Position numbers and translations under genes: made by a program
Assembly: GCF_965222475.1 (NCBI RefSeq)
Contig: NZ_CBDCUB010000001.1
Coordinates: forward strand, 1,002,982 to 1,066,981
Length of the DNA: 64,000 nucleotides
Origin: Candidatus Palauibacter sp.
GTDB taxonomy: Bacteria > Gemmatimonadota > Gemmatimonadetes > Palauibacterales > Palauibacteraceae
Reading direction: 5' to 3'
The notes under the pieces: model-generated
Seen by the model: the letters and a program-made list of their open reading frames with translations, nothing else
Told to the model about the DNA's origin: nothing
Databases searched by the model: none
Shown here: positions 9,397 to 19,055 of the stretch, one piece after another
Layout: each line of letters begins with the position of its first letter
Numbering within the stretch: the stretch's first letter is position 1

Positions 9397-10034
9397 CTTC
9401 GCAGGACATGCGTTTCGATCCACCCCCCGGCCCGCCGCACCGCGGCCGACCGGTGGCTCGTCTCCGCCTTGACCCCCTCCGGCAACTCCGCATAGGTGCG
9501 ATCGTAACCCGCGGGCACGAAGAGCGGGTCGTAGCCGAAACCGCCCTCACCGCGAGGCTCGCGTACGATGCGCCCGCGCGCGACGCCTTCCACGACTTCG
9601 TGCCGCAGCTCGTCCGTCAGGGCGACCGCGCACCGATAGTGCGCCTCCCTGTCCCCATCCGCCACGCCGGCCAGACGTTCCAGCAGCCACCGGTTGTTGG
9701 CCTCGGCCCGTCCCCAGCGGTCCGCCCATTCGGCGGGGGCGAAGCGCCGGGTCCGGACACCGGGGCCGCCGTCGAGCGCGTCCACGCACAGACCGGAGTC
9801 ATCGGCCAGGACCGGAAGCCCCGACCGCGCGTGAAAGTACTTCGCCTTGGAGAGCGCGTTGCGCGCGAAAGTGTCGAAGGGCTCGAGGTCCCCTTCCTCC
9901 TCCCGCTCGGGAAGGCCCAACTCCGCCGGCCCGAGCAGCCGGACCGGCACATCGGCGAGAAGATCCCGGATTTCCCGGAGCTTGTGAGCGCTGCGCGTGG
10001 CGACCAGAACCGGAGGCGGGTTCAGTCCGCCCAA
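9378..10034 (-). CDS. rdgB: non-canonical purine NTP pyrophosphatase (RdgB/Ham1 family)
   Basis: Ham1 motifs VLVATRSAHKLREI ... FGYDPLF ... SHRS; TTG start proposed at 10034; 3' end overlaps tRNA-Pro on the opposite strand by 19 nt. Confidence 0.65.
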   Translation of the reverse strand: MGGLNPPPVLVATRSAHKLREIRDLLADVPVRLLGPAELGLPEREEEGDLEPFDTFARNALSKAKYFHARSGLPVLADDSGLCVDALDGGPGVRTRRFAPAEWADRWGRAEANNRWLLERLAGVADGDREAHYRCAVALTDELRHEVVEGVARGRIVREPRGEGGFGYDPLFVPAGYDRTYAELPEGVKAETSHRSAAVRRAGGWIETHVLRSRGGRI

Positions 10035-10978
10035 ATGCGCTCCGCCGTGACACGCTTCGCGAGTTCGGGGTGCGCTCTCCACAGATAGGCGACCATGACG
10101 AGCGCCGCGAAGACGTTCCCGACGAGGATGGACCACCACGCGAGTGCCTGGAGGATCCAGCCGCCCAACATCGCCACCATCGCGATGAAGAAGACCTCGA
10201 ACACAACGAACAGGACCAGGATTCCCAGCACGAGCGGCGGAAACCTGGCCGCCTGTTTCGCGAGACCCGAAACGATGACCCCGAACAGTACGAAGAAGGC
10301 GAAGTGGGCCAAGCTGTAGCCGAGGACCGGGCCTGCGGCGATCTCCACTCCGGTGGCGGCCGGGGCTCCTCGGAAAAGTACCGTCGCCAGCGCCGCGGGC
10401 GTGTAGAAGGGCTCGCGCAGGATCGTGTCGATGATCAGGAACCAGACCGCGACGACGAGGGCGCCCAGCAACCCGGCGTAGATCCCGTGCCGGGTGACTT
10501 CGTGCGTCCGGAGGAAGTTCACCACGCCCACCACCCCCGGTTCGGAACTCACCCAGTGCATATGGGTGAACATCACGACCCCGGCGAGCGCGTTCCCGAA
10601 GAAGACGGCGGGCCAGCCCGGCGCGGAGAGGACGAGCGACGACGGCGCCCGAAGCAGGCCGGCGTAGAACGCGAGCGAGCAGACGAAGAGGCCGTACAGG
10701 GCGCCGATCAGCACGTTCCGCGGCAGGCCGGCCCAGCGAACCAGCGCCGCGGCCAGCATCCCGAGCCCGCCCCACACCGCGAAGTGGATGACCGTGAATC
10801 CTGCGATGATTCCCGCGCTGGGCTCGACCTCGGCACGGCTCACGATCGCCCCCCACAGGAACGCGGGGGTGCGCAGCGGCGTCCCCTGGCCGAGGTCGTA
10901 GAAGTAGAAGAGGACGGCGAGGACGAAGCCGCCCAGCAGCCCGCCAACGAGCCCGTGCCGGACGCGGCGCGTCAGCAT
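10022..10978 (-). CDS. polytopic membrane protein of unknown function (internal two-fold repeat)
   Basis: 318 aa, about 8 hydrophobic helices, repeated FY..P...A...G motif halves. Confidence 0.5.
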   Translation of the reverse strand: MLTRRVRHGLVGGLLGGFVLAVLFYFYDLGQGTPLRTPAFLWGAIVSRAEVEPSAGIIAGFTVIHFAVWGGLGMLAAALVRWAGLPRNVLIGALYGLFVCSLAFYAGLLRAPSSLVLSAPGWPAVFFGNALAGVVMFTHMHWVSSEPGVVGVVNFLRTHEVTRHGIYAGLLGALVVAVWFLIIDTILREPFYTPAALATVLFRGAPAATGVEIAAGPVLGYSLAHFAFFVLFGVIVSGLAKQAARFPPLVLGILVLFVVFEVFFIAMVAMLGGWILQALAWWSILVGNVFAALVMVAYLWRAHPELAKRVTAERIWAD

Positions 10979-10991
10979 CGCCGCGTCCCGC

Positions 10992-11195
10992 TCAGCATGT
11001 GGAATCCGCGTCGGCGGCCTGGGCCGTCTCCCACTCCCGCTGCTCCTTCAGCGCCATCTCGACCTCTCGCTCGCGCTGGCGCCGCCGGGCGCGGAAGATC
11101 CCGCCACCGATGACGACCAGGAGGAGGTACGGCATCGCCGCCATGAGGACGAACATCCACACGTATCCCGCCTGCTGGTCGGGCGTATGCTGCAT
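10992..11195 (-). CDS. small membrane protein (one TM helix + charged tail), possibly caa3-associated
   Basis: Start moved to ATG 11195 (MQHTPDQQAGYVWMFVLMAAMPYLLLVV...) to avoid overlap with ctaB. Confidence 0.3.
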   Translation of the reverse strand: MQHTPDQQAGYVWMFVLMAAMPYLLLVVIGGGIFRARRRQREREVEMALKEQREWETAQAADADSTC

Positions 11196-11272
11196 CTGGA
11201 GCGTCGCCTCGACGGCGTAGACATATGTGGCTGTAACGTTCAGCACGGGCTCGACGATGACGGCGATGTGAG

Positions 11273-12193
11273 TCAGACCTTGTCCATCACGAGGATGGCC
11301 ATCAGCAGTGGAAGATACAGGATGGAGGCCCGGAACAAACGCCTGGCCCGCGCCGCCGACGCCTCGCGACCGAACCGCAGCGCCGCCCACAGGAAGCCTC
11401 CGCCCAGAACGAGCGCGGCCGCGAAGTAGACGGGACCCGTGAGGCCGAGCACGCTCGGCATCACACTCACGGGGATCAGGGTGAGCGTGTACAGGACCGT
11501 CTGGCGCCGTGTCTGCCGCCCCCCGGGATCGCCGACCGAGAGCATGCGCAGCCCCGCCGCCCCGTAGTCATCGCGCAGCAGCCACGCGAGGGCGAGGAAG
11601 TGCGGCAGTTGCCAGACGAAGAGGATCCCGAACAGGACCCATCCGCCCGGGCCCAGCTCCCCCGTGGCGGCGGTCCAGCCTCCGAGGATCGGGAGCGCTC
11701 CCGGGACCGCCCCCACGACGGTCGAAAGCGAGTGTACCCGCTTGAGCGGCGTGTAGACGAAGTCGTAGGAGACGAACGTCGCGGCCGCGAGCACGGCCGT
11801 GACCGGATTGACCGCCACCGCCAGCCAGGCGATGCCCGCCGCGGCCAGGCCGCCCGAGAAGATGGCAGCGGGGAGCGTGTCGAGGCGCCCGGCCGGGAGC
11901 GGCCGGGAGCGGGTGCGGCCCATGAGGGCGTCCACGTCCCGCTCCAGCACCTGGTTCATCGCGCTCGTGCCGGCCGCCACCAGGGCGACCCCGATCATCG
12001 TGTGCGCGAAGAGGGCGAAGTCGAAGCTCACCGTGCCCAGGAGGAAGCCGGCCGCCGCGCTCGCCAGCACGAGCGCCGTGATCCGCGGCTTCGTGAGCTC
12101 GAGGTAGTCCTTCAGCGCCCTCCGGCCGACGCCGCGCGCCGCCGCGCCGCCGCGCGGCATTGCGGGAACCGTGGGGATGCTCTTCGCTTCCAA
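11273..12193 (-). CDS. ctaB: protoheme IX farnesyltransferase (heme O synthase)
   Basis: UbiA-family motifs YLELTKPRI, NQVLERDVDALMGRT, tail of caa3 cluster. Confidence 0.85.
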   Translation of the reverse strand: MEAKSIPTVPAMPRGGAAARGVGRRALKDYLELTKPRITALVLASAAAGFLLGTVSFDFALFAHTMIGVALVAAGTSAMNQVLERDVDALMGRTRSRPLPAGRLDTLPAAIFSGGLAAAGIAWLAVAVNPVTAVLAAATFVSYDFVYTPLKRVHSLSTVVGAVPGALPILGGWTAATGELGPGGWVLFGILFVWQLPHFLALAWLLRDDYGAAGLRMLSVGDPGGRQTRRQTVLYTLTLIPVSVMPSVLGLTGPVYFAAALVLGGGFLWAALRFGREASAARARRLFRASILYLPLLMAILVMDKV

Positions 12194-12212
12194 CGTCGGC
12201 TCCGGAAGCAGG

Positions 12213-12518
12213 CTATACGTACTCCATCATGATCGCGATGATCATGATGGCCACCGCCGGAAGGGGCGCCAGCGCCACCAGCCGCAATCGGTTGGGTTCG
12301 AACTTCAGGTGCATGTAGTAGAGCGCGACCAGCAGCGCCTTCCACACGGCCATGATGAGCAGCGATACGACGATCATCCACTTGGAGATCCCGAGGAACG
12401 CGACGAACACCTCGAGGACCGTGAGGATGAACAGGTACAGCCAGATGAGCATGTACCTCGGATGCTCGTGTCCGTGATCTTCCACGGCGTCCGCCGCGTG
12501 CGCTCCAGCTTCACTCAT
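12213..12518 (-). CDS. ctaF: caa3-type cytochrome c oxidase subunit IV
   Basis: 101 aa, 3 TM helices, YYMHLKFE motif, position after ctaE. Confidence 0.65.
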   Translation of the reverse strand: MSEAGAHAADAVEDHGHEHPRYMLIWLYLFILTVLEVFVAFLGISKWMIVVSLLIMAVWKALLVALYYMHLKFEPNRLRLVALAPLPAVAIMIIAIMMEYV

Positions 12519-12555
12519 TCGTTCGCTCCGTAGCTCCGGGCCGCAGCCGCAAGTG

Positions 12556-13170
12556 CTAGATCAGGTAGACGATGGTGAACAGGATGATCCACACGAGATC
12601 GACGAAGTGCCAGTACAGGCCGAGCACTTCGATCCCGTGCGTATTGTCCGCGCCCCAGTGGCCTCGATGGGCGCGGATCGTGGCCCACGCCAGGCAGATG
12701 ACACCGAGCAGGACGTGGAAGCCGTGGAACCCGGTCATGGTGAAGAACGTCGCGCCGTAGAGTCCGGCGGCCGGCGTGAACCCGTGGCTGTCCTGCCATG
12801 ACGCGTGCAGGACGAGTTCGGTGTACTCGTAGACCTGCACGCCCAGGAAGAGGGCCCCCAGCAGGGTCGTCAACAGGAGGTAGAGCTTGATCCCCCTCTG
12901 ATCCCCCTCCTGCGCGGCCGCGAAAGCCTTCACCATCGTCACCGAACTGCAGATGAGGATGAAGGTATTCACGGCCGTCACGGGGACGTTCAGTACGTCC
13001 CCCGGGTTCGCCCACGTGTCGGCGGCCCCGAACCGAAGTACCACATACGAACCGATGAGGCCCGCGAAGAACATCACCTCCGAGCACAGAAACACCCACA
13101 TTCCGACTTTCTGGGTGTAGACATCGATCCCTCGTTCGGGGACTCTGCCTGCCGTCGCGGCGTGTGCCAT
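12556..13170 (-). CDS. ctaE: cytochrome c oxidase subunit III
   Basis: 204 aa; YWHFVDLVWIILF C-terminal COX3 signature. Confidence 0.85.
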   Translation of the reverse strand: MAHAATAGRVPERGIDVYTQKVGMWVFLCSEVMFFAGLIGSYVVLRFGAADTWANPGDVLNVPVTAVNTFILICSSVTMVKAFAAAQEGDQRGIKLYLLLTTLLGALFLGVQVYEYTELVLHASWQDSHGFTPAAGLYGATFFTMTGFHGFHVLLGVICLAWATIRAHRGHWGADNTHGIEVLGLYWHFVDLVWIILFTIVYLI

Positions 13171-13212
13171 CTGGTCTGTTCCCTTCCTATCCGATCTCGA
13201 TCTGATCGACTC

Positions 13213-14979
13213 TCAGTGGCTGTCCGGGGCGGGACTTACGACATCGGGCCGTTCATTCTGCGCCAGCCAGTCCTTGTCCTCCACATCCGGGTGGCTGTAC
13301 TCGTGCGGGCCGTGATAGACGACGGGGATCTCCTCCCAGTTGCCGTGCTTGGGCGGCGAGGGCGTCTGCCACTCCAGCGTCGTCGCGTTCCATGGGTTCG
13401 CCCCGGCTTTTTTCCCCTTCTTCAGACTCCAGAAGAAGTTGAACGCGAACAGGAAGCCGGAGGCGAAGAGTACGAACGCCGACCACGTGATGATCGCGTT
13501 CGTGTCCTCGATCCCCTGCAGGTGCGCGTAGCCGGTGGAGTCGTAGATGCGCCGCATCATCCCCACCATCCCCACGCCGTGCATGGGGAAGAAGACCAGG
13601 TTGAAGAAGACGAAGGTGAGCCAGAAGTGGATCTTGCCCAGCGTCTCGTTCATCACCCGGCCGAACATCTTCGGATACCAGAAGTAGATCGCGCCGAAGA
13701 GAGCGAACAGGCTCCCGCCGAAGAGCACATAGTGGATGTGCGCCACGATGAAGTACGTGTCGTGGATATAGATATCGACCGGTGTCGAAGCCATGAAGAC
13801 GCCCGACAGACCTCCGATCGCGAACATGGCCACGAACCCGATCGCGAACAGCATGGCCGAGTGGAGCTGGAGGTTCCCGCGCCACATCGTGCCCATCCAG
13901 TTGAACGTCTTGATCGCCGAGGGCACGGCGATGAAGAGCGTCGAAACCGTGAACGTAAGCCCCAGCATCGGGTTCATCCCGCTCTGGAACATGTGGTGGC
14001 CCCACACGATGAAGCCGAGGAAGGCGATCGAGACGAGCGCCAGCACCATCGCGTTGTAGCCGAACACCGGCTTCCGCGACCCCACCGAGAGGATCTCCGA
14101 CGTAAAACCCATCGCCGGGAGGATCAGGATGTAGACCTCCGGGTGGCCGAAGAACCAGAACAGGTGCTGCCACAGGAGCGGCTGTCCACCGCCCTCCGGG
14201 AGGAAGAAGCTCGTACCGATCGTCTGGTCGAAGATGAGCATGATCCCCGCGGCCGACAGCACCGGCATGGCGAGCAGTGCGAGAATCGCCGTGATGAACA
14301 GCGACCAGATCGTGAGCGGCATGCGCATCCAGGTCATCCCGGGCGCCCGCAGGTTGATCACCGTGGTGATGTAGTTCACCGACCCGAGAATCGACGACAG
14401 CCCGACGAAAACGAGCGCCGCCAGCCACATGGTCTGGCCCAGCGCGACGCCCGACAGGTCGGGACGCGCGCTGAGCGGCGCATAGAGCGTCCAGCCGGCC
14501 CCCGCCGCGCCCCCCACCACGAAGAAGCTGGCCAGGGTCAGGATGCCCGCCGGGACCATCGCCCAGAAGGAGAGCATGTTGAGCCGCGGGAACGCCATGT
14601 CGTGCGTCCCCAGCTGCAACGGGATGAGATAGTTCGCCCATACGCCCACGAGCATCGGCATGATGGCGAGGAAGACCATCACCGAACCGTGCATCGTGAC
14701 GAGCGAATTGTAGAACTCCGGCAGGATGTACCCGCTCGCGACCATGCTCTCGGGGAAGATCCCGCCCAGCGGCAGCTGGCCCCGCGCCGGCCACGCGATC
14801 TGGTATCGCATGAGCATCGCGAGCAGTCCGCCGATCATGAGGAAGAACAGCGTGTAGAACAGGAACTGGAGCGCGATGACCTTGTGGTCGGTCGAGAACA
14901 GGTATTTGCGCAGGAACGACTGCTCGTGCTCTTCGTGCAGGATCGCCTGCCCGGTCGCCTCCGCGATGATCGTCGCCAT
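13213..14979 (-). CDS. ctaD: cytochrome c oxidase subunit I (heme-copper oxidase catalytic subunit)
   Basis: 588 aa; GHPEVYILILP, WAHHMF, HDTYFIVAHFHY-like motifs. Confidence 0.9.
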   Translation of the reverse strand: MATIIAEATGQAILHEEHEQSFLRKYLFSTDHKVIALQFLFYTLFFLMIGGLLAMLMRYQIAWPARGQLPLGGIFPESMVASGYILPEFYNSLVTMHGSVMVFLAIMPMLVGVWANYLIPLQLGTHDMAFPRLNMLSFWAMVPAGILTLASFFVVGGAAGAGWTLYAPLSARPDLSGVALGQTMWLAALVFVGLSSILGSVNYITTVINLRAPGMTWMRMPLTIWSLFITAILALLAMPVLSAAGIMLIFDQTIGTSFFLPEGGGQPLLWQHLFWFFGHPEVYILILPAMGFTSEILSVGSRKPVFGYNAMVLALVSIAFLGFIVWGHHMFQSGMNPMLGLTFTVSTLFIAVPSAIKTFNWMGTMWRGNLQLHSAMLFAIGFVAMFAIGGLSGVFMASTPVDIYIHDTYFIVAHIHYVLFGGSLFALFGAIYFWYPKMFGRVMNETLGKIHFWLTFVFFNLVFFPMHGVGMVGMMRRIYDSTGYAHLQGIEDTNAIITWSAFVLFASGFLFAFNFFWSLKKGKKAGANPWNATTLEWQTPSPPKHGNWEEIPVVYHGPHEYSHPDVEDKDWLAQNERPDVVSPAPDSH

Positions 14980-14994
14980 ATCAGCCTTTCTCGA

Positions 14995-15663
14995 TCACTG
15001 GGCAGACGCCTGGCCGGCCAGCCAGGCATCGAAGTCCGCCGCGCTGTGCACGGTTACGCTCGCCTGCATGTAGTAGTGGCCGAGGCCACACAACTCGGCG
15101 CACGCGATCTCGAAGTCCCCGGTCTGGGTCGCGTCGAACCACACCGGGATCGTCATGCCCGGCACCGCGTCCTGCTTCACGCGGAGTTCGGGGATGAAGA
15201 AGGAGTGGATCACATCCTCGGATTCGAGCAGGATCGTGATATCCTCGTTCACCGGGAAGTGGAACTGGTTGCGGACGGTGAAGTTGTCGTCTTCCGTCTC
15301 GATGTCCCGGTCGGCCCCCGGGTAGGTGATGTTCCACTCGAACTGCTTGCCGACGACCCGGAACTCGAGCGCGTCCTCCGGCCGGTTGGACGCCCCCTTG
15401 ATGTCCTGCCAGACCGCGGCGGAATAGGCGCCGAGGATGGCGATGATGATGGCCGGGACGATCGTCCATATGACTTCGAGCCGGTTCGAGCCGTGGGTGT
15501 AGTGCGCCCTCGCCCCCTCACGCCCGCGGTACCTGAGGCAGAACCAGAGGATGCCGCCTTCGACGAGAAGGAACGCGATCCCGGTGATGACGAGGATGAT
15601 CCAGAACAGCTGGTCGATCACGACGCCGAATGTCGAGTAGTTCGGGGGCAGCGCCCAATCCAC
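14995..15663 (-). CDS. ctaC: cytochrome c oxidase subunit II (CuA)
   Basis: CuA motif HSFFIPEL ... CAELCGLGHYYM; GTG start at 15663 preceded by GGAAGGAGA. Confidence 0.8.
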   Translation of the reverse strand: MDWALPPNYSTFGVVIDQLFWIILVITGIAFLLVEGGILWFCLRYRGREGARAHYTHGSNRLEVIWTIVPAIIIAILGAYSAAVWQDIKGASNRPEDALEFRVVGKQFEWNITYPGADRDIETEDDNFTVRNQFHFPVNEDITILLESEDVIHSFFIPELRVKQDAVPGMTIPVWFDATQTGDFEIACAELCGLGHYYMQASVTVHSAADFDAWLAGQASAQ

Positions 15664-15754
15664 GAGCTCTCTCCTTCCAGGTGAGCCTTCGGGTATCCGG
15701 GGCGGGGAGCGGGACCCGGCGGCGCGGCGGCCGTCCGGTCCCGCCCCGCTGGCG

Positions 15755-16612
15755 TTACTGCTGCGCGCGCTCGACCCGGATGCGGTTCGTGCCGTGCCCG
15801 ACGACGAGCGCGTCACCCATGGGGACATCGGCGCCCGACATCTCGGCGTTGTAGTCGAAAGAGGCCTCGGCCATCTCGCCGGCCGTGACGGTCACGCTCG
15901 CCGTCATCGTGCCGAACTCCTCGTGCCACGCCGTCAGCGTGTAGTCACCGGCCGGCACGTTCGCGATCGAGTAGCTCCCGTCGGCGCCGGTCACCGCGAA
16001 GTAGGGGTGGTCGACGACGCCGATGTACGCCTGCATCCAGCCGTGCACATCGCAGCGGACCGGCACCATCACTTCGGCCACCTGGAAACGCTGCGTGCTC
16101 GTGATCCCGGCGCGGGGCTGGCTGATGTTGAAGCCCCGGTTCTCGGTCGGCGTGGCGTTGATGTTGTGGAGCAGGTTGTCGCTGTTCGTGATCTCGATGT
16201 CCTGCCCGCTCCGGACGCCAAGCACATGCGGCGCGTAGCGGCAGTTGGACTGGTCGAGCATCGCCGCGCCCGAGGCCGCCGGGGCCGCGGAGACGCCTTC
16301 GCTCAGATACACGAACACGTTGGCCAGGCCGCCGTTGGACACGAGGACGTTCTGGGCCATGGGCCCGTCTCCGCCGTACCCCGCCGCGCAGTCCTCCTCG
16401 GCCGACATGTCGATCGGCGCCATGGTCGGGACCATGCCGCCGAAGTTCGCCATGCCCGAGATGGTTCCGACCGTGGCCGGGTCCACCGCCGCCGCGGCCG
16501 GCGCCGCTTCGTCCGCCTCGTCCTCCGACGAACCGCCGCCCCCGCCGCCGCACGCGGCCATCGCCGCGATGGCCACGAAGGCCGCTGAACGGTTCCAGAA
16601 ATGCGATCGCAT
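15755..16612 (-). CDS. lipoprotein with cupredoxin (type-1 copper) domain and C-terminal CarboxypepD_reg-like domain
   Basis: Lipobox AMAAC; plastocyanin-like P.VLGV.SG..I.ITNSD.LLHN then C-DV-H-GW-M ligand pattern; C-terminal VTGADGSYSIANVPAGDYTLTAWHEEFG. Confidence 0.5.
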   Translation of the reverse strand: MRSHFWNRSAAFVAIAAMAACGGGGGGSSEDEADEAAPAAAAVDPATVGTISGMANFGGMVPTMAPIDMSAEEDCAAGYGGDGPMAQNVLVSNGGLANVFVYLSEGVSAAPAASGAAMLDQSNCRYAPHVLGVRSGQDIEITNSDNLLHNINATPTENRGFNISQPRAGITSTQRFQVAEVMVPVRCDVHGWMQAYIGVVDHPYFAVTGADGSYSIANVPAGDYTLTAWHEEFGTMTASVTVTAGEMAEASFDYNAEMSGADVPMGDALVVGHGTNRIRVERAQQ

Positions 16613-16702
16613 TGACTTACCTCCGTACCAGAAACTCTGCGTTGATTCCCACCGGAATTGACACCGGAATCGCTACCGAAACTACCATCGAAGGCGCCGT
16701 CG

Positions 16703-17167
16703 TCACTCCCTCCCTCGATCCTGCGCCCGGCGCACGAGAACGAGACCGAAGGCCCCCGTCAAGAGCATGGCCAGCAGCGGCGTGACCACCACCGTGCTCG
16801 ACGCCGGTGGTTCGAGGAGGACGTAGTACCATGTGCTCACCGAACTGCGCTTCCCGACCTCGGCGCTCGACCCATCCCACGCCTGAAACGCGATGGGCGT
16901 GGGCAGCCCCTCCGCGAAGTCCAAACCCTCGCTCTCGACCTCGATCGGGCGGCGCAGGTACAGCGTCCAGCGGCCCTCCTCCCAGGTCGCTTCCCCGCTC
17001 ACGGGATCTTCTTCGAGCGGCTCGACCGATTCGAGTCCCCGGCCGCGGCCGGCGCCGACTCCGCCCTCGGAGTCCCACGTCCAGAGGTAGACCGGGTTCC
17101 GCGTGTCCCCCATCAGGAAGTACGGGCGCTCCGTGCCTTCGGGCGGTTCGAACGGGAACTGGAGCAT
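16703..17167 (-). CDS. EB_dh/DOMON-like heme-binding domain fragment with C-terminal TM anchor; possibly the 3' part of the upstream cytochrome c gene
   Basis: 154-aa ORF starting at an ATG that overlaps the upstream stop; together with the C-terminal ~90 aa of the upstream ORF it makes one EB_dh-sized domain. Confidence 0.45.
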   Translation of the reverse strand: MLQFPFEPPEGTERPYFLMGDTRNPVYLWTWDSEGGVGAGRGRGLESVEPLEEDPVSGEATWEEGRWTLYLRRPIEVESEGLDFAEGLPTPIAFQAWDGSSAEVGKRSSVSTWYYVLLEPPASSTVVVTPLLAMLLTGAFGLVLVRRAQDRGRE

Positions 17168-18261
17168 CAGCGCGTCCGGGGGCGCATGGTCGGCGCGCCG
17201 GCGCTGTCGAGCGCGATCGGCTTCGCCCCGTCGAGGTCCAGCGCGGCGGTGATCTTGTCCTGCCACTCGTCCCAGGCCGGATCCGGGCTCTCCGACGGGT
17301 CGTTCCACTGCACCCGCAACGCGAGGTCGCTTCCATCGTGCAGCCCCTGCACCCAGAGGCCGTCCACCGTCGGCGCGAAGTTGCGCGGCACCTGGATGAT
17401 CTGGCCCGAGAGCGGGAAGTAGAACGGCTCGACGCCTTCCCACGCCTCCTCGGAGCCATCGGCCGGGAGCCCTCCCTCGGCGCGCCCCACGCGGATCACA
17501 TCGCGCAGCTGGGGCATCTCGCCCGGGCCCATCGAGGCGATGTAGTGCGCGAGCTGCCAGACCTCGTCCGGGGACACGACGCCCGAGTTCATGGCGTCGA
17601 TCGCCGATGGCATGGGGGTTCCGTCCAGCCCGGTCAGCATCCTGGTGTGTATGTCCTCGACGCTGCCGCCGCCGTTCAGATACCATGCCTCGGTGAGGTC
17701 GGCCGCGCGAATCGGGAGACCTCGCCAGTCCTCCAGCGTCGGCGCCGAGGTCCCGTCGCCGCGTCCCGACAAGCCGTGGCATTCCTCGCACAGCATGGTG
17801 AGGTACGCCGCCGCCCCCGCCTCGAGGGCCGCGGGACCGCCGCCGGGGTCCGACCCGAAGTCCAGCGGCTCGGGCGCGGGTCCCTGGCCGAAGAACCTCG
17901 AGAAGGTCTTGAGGTAGACGATGAGGTCGTCGATTTCGCCATCGGTGAGGTTCGGCCAGCCGGGCATCGTCGTGCCGGGGAGCCCGTTCTCGATCGCGGC
18001 CCGCATGTCCGCGTCCGTCGGGAGTTGCCCGCTCCCGGTCGTCCGGACCTGGTACAGGGCCTGGGTGAAGTCGCGGGGCCGCGGCAGCATGGACTCGGCG
18101 GCCGAGCCGTCCCCCTGCCCCGTCGCGCCGTGGCATTCCGCACACCAGCGGTCGTACACGAGCTTGCCCGCGGCGGCCGCGTCTTCCTGTCCCGCCAGCG
18201 CCGTCGCGCCTCCCGCGATGCACGTCAGGAGGACGATCCCCGTGAGACGCAGCGTCCTCAT
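17167..18261 (-). CDS. dihaem c-type cytochrome with C-terminal partial EB_dh-like domain
   Basis: Signal peptide MRTLRLTGIVLLTCIAGGATALA; two CxxCH sites (CAECHG, CEECHG); ATG 18261 overlaps upstream stop (ATGA). Confidence 0.7.
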   Translation of the reverse strand: MRTLRLTGIVLLTCIAGGATALAGQEDAAAAGKLVYDRWCAECHGATGQGDGSAAESMLPRPRDFTQALYQVRTTGSGQLPTDADMRAAIENGLPGTTMPGWPNLTDGEIDDLIVYLKTFSRFFGQGPAPEPLDFGSDPGGGPAALEAGAAAYLTMLCEECHGLSGRGDGTSAPTLEDWRGLPIRAADLTEAWYLNGGGSVEDIHTRMLTGLDGTPMPSAIDAMNSGVVSPDEVWQLAHYIASMGPGEMPQLRDVIRVGRAEGGLPADGSEEAWEGVEPFYFPLSGQIIQVPRNFAPTVDGLWVQGLHDGSDLALRVQWNDPSESPDPAWDEWQDKITAALDLDGAKPIALDSAGAPTMRPRTR

Positions 18262-19055
18262 TCGTGGCCCCCTTCCCCTTCTTCCTCCCACGTCCGCGGC
18301 GTGAATCCCGACTGCTCGTAGAGGTAGAGAATGACGGCCCAGATCTCTTCTTTCTCGAGGATCGGCTCCCACGCCGGCATGGCCGAATCCCACGGCGTCC
18401 CCTCGCGCGGCAGACCGGGTCCGCCCTTCGCGATGCGCCAGAACACGAAGCTCTCCGTGAGCTGCGGGAGGGCCCCCGAACTCGTGAAGTCGGCGGGGAC
18501 CGGGTTGAAGGCGGGCGCGAAGTGCCCCTGCCCGTCGAGCAGGTCGCCGTGGCAGGGCACGCAGTTGCGGACGTAGATCGCCTTGCCGACCTGCAGGTGC
18601 TCCTCCATCGAACCCTCGGAGCGGAGCGGGTTCTCGAGGCCCGTCAGCTCCATCGACTCGCCGCGGAAGGTGATCTGGTTCGGCGGCGCCGGGTGAATGG
18701 CGCGCAGCGTGGCCGGCGCGGCGTAGCTCGGCTTCACGTTCTGGTAGGCGAGCCAGCCGACCATGACCGGGAGCGCCACCATGAGGATTCCGCGCAGCGT
18801 CTTCCGGTCCCGGGCCACCATCGTGGTGCGGATCGGTTCGCGGAAGCTCTTCCAGCGCGCCTCGTCCGCGCTCATGTAGAGGAGGATGCCGACGAGCACG
18901 ATGAGCATGTACTCGAGGATGACCGAACTCGGCACCGGCGCGCTCGGCACGCCGATCAGCGGTAGCAGGTACCCGATCCCGTAATCGAGCGCCATATAGG
19001 ACGCGACCACGACGATCACGCCCTGCCAGAACGGATGAGCCGGAAATCGTCTCAT
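18258..19055 (-). CDS. membrane-anchored monohaem c-type cytochrome (3 TM + cyt c domain)
   Basis: Three N-terminal hydrophobic helices, then CVPCHG heme-binding site. Confidence 0.7.
   Translation of the reverse strand: MRRFPAHPFWQGVIVVVASYMALDYGIGYLLPLIGVPSAPVPSSVILEYMLIVLVGILLYMSADEARWKSFREPIRTTMVARDRKTLRGILMVALPVMVGWLAYQNVKPSYAAPATLRAIHPAPPNQITFRGESMELTGLENPLRSEGSMEEHLQVGKAIYVRNCVPCHGDLLDGQGHFAPAFNPVPADFTSSGALPQLTESFVFWRIAKGGPGLPREGTPWDSAMPAWEPILEKEEIWAVILYLYEQSGFTPRTWEEEGEGGHE

Noticed and set aside
5649-10088. 1479-aa plus-strand ORF
   Set aside because: Antisense to the transporter, REC and rdgB genes. Its R/G/E/D/P-rich low-complexity translation is typical of shadow ORFs in GC-rich DNA. 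It has no recognisable motifs.
12805-15684. 959-aa plus-strand ORF
   Set aside because: Antisense to ctaE/ctaD/ctaC, whose products carry unmistakable oxidase motifs. Its composition is dominated by R/E/D/H runs.
16703-18223. 506-aa minus-strand ORF
   Set aside because: Only the last 154 codons (from ATG 17167) are judged coding. The rest runs out of frame across the dihaem cytochrome c gene, whose CxxCH motifs define the real frame.
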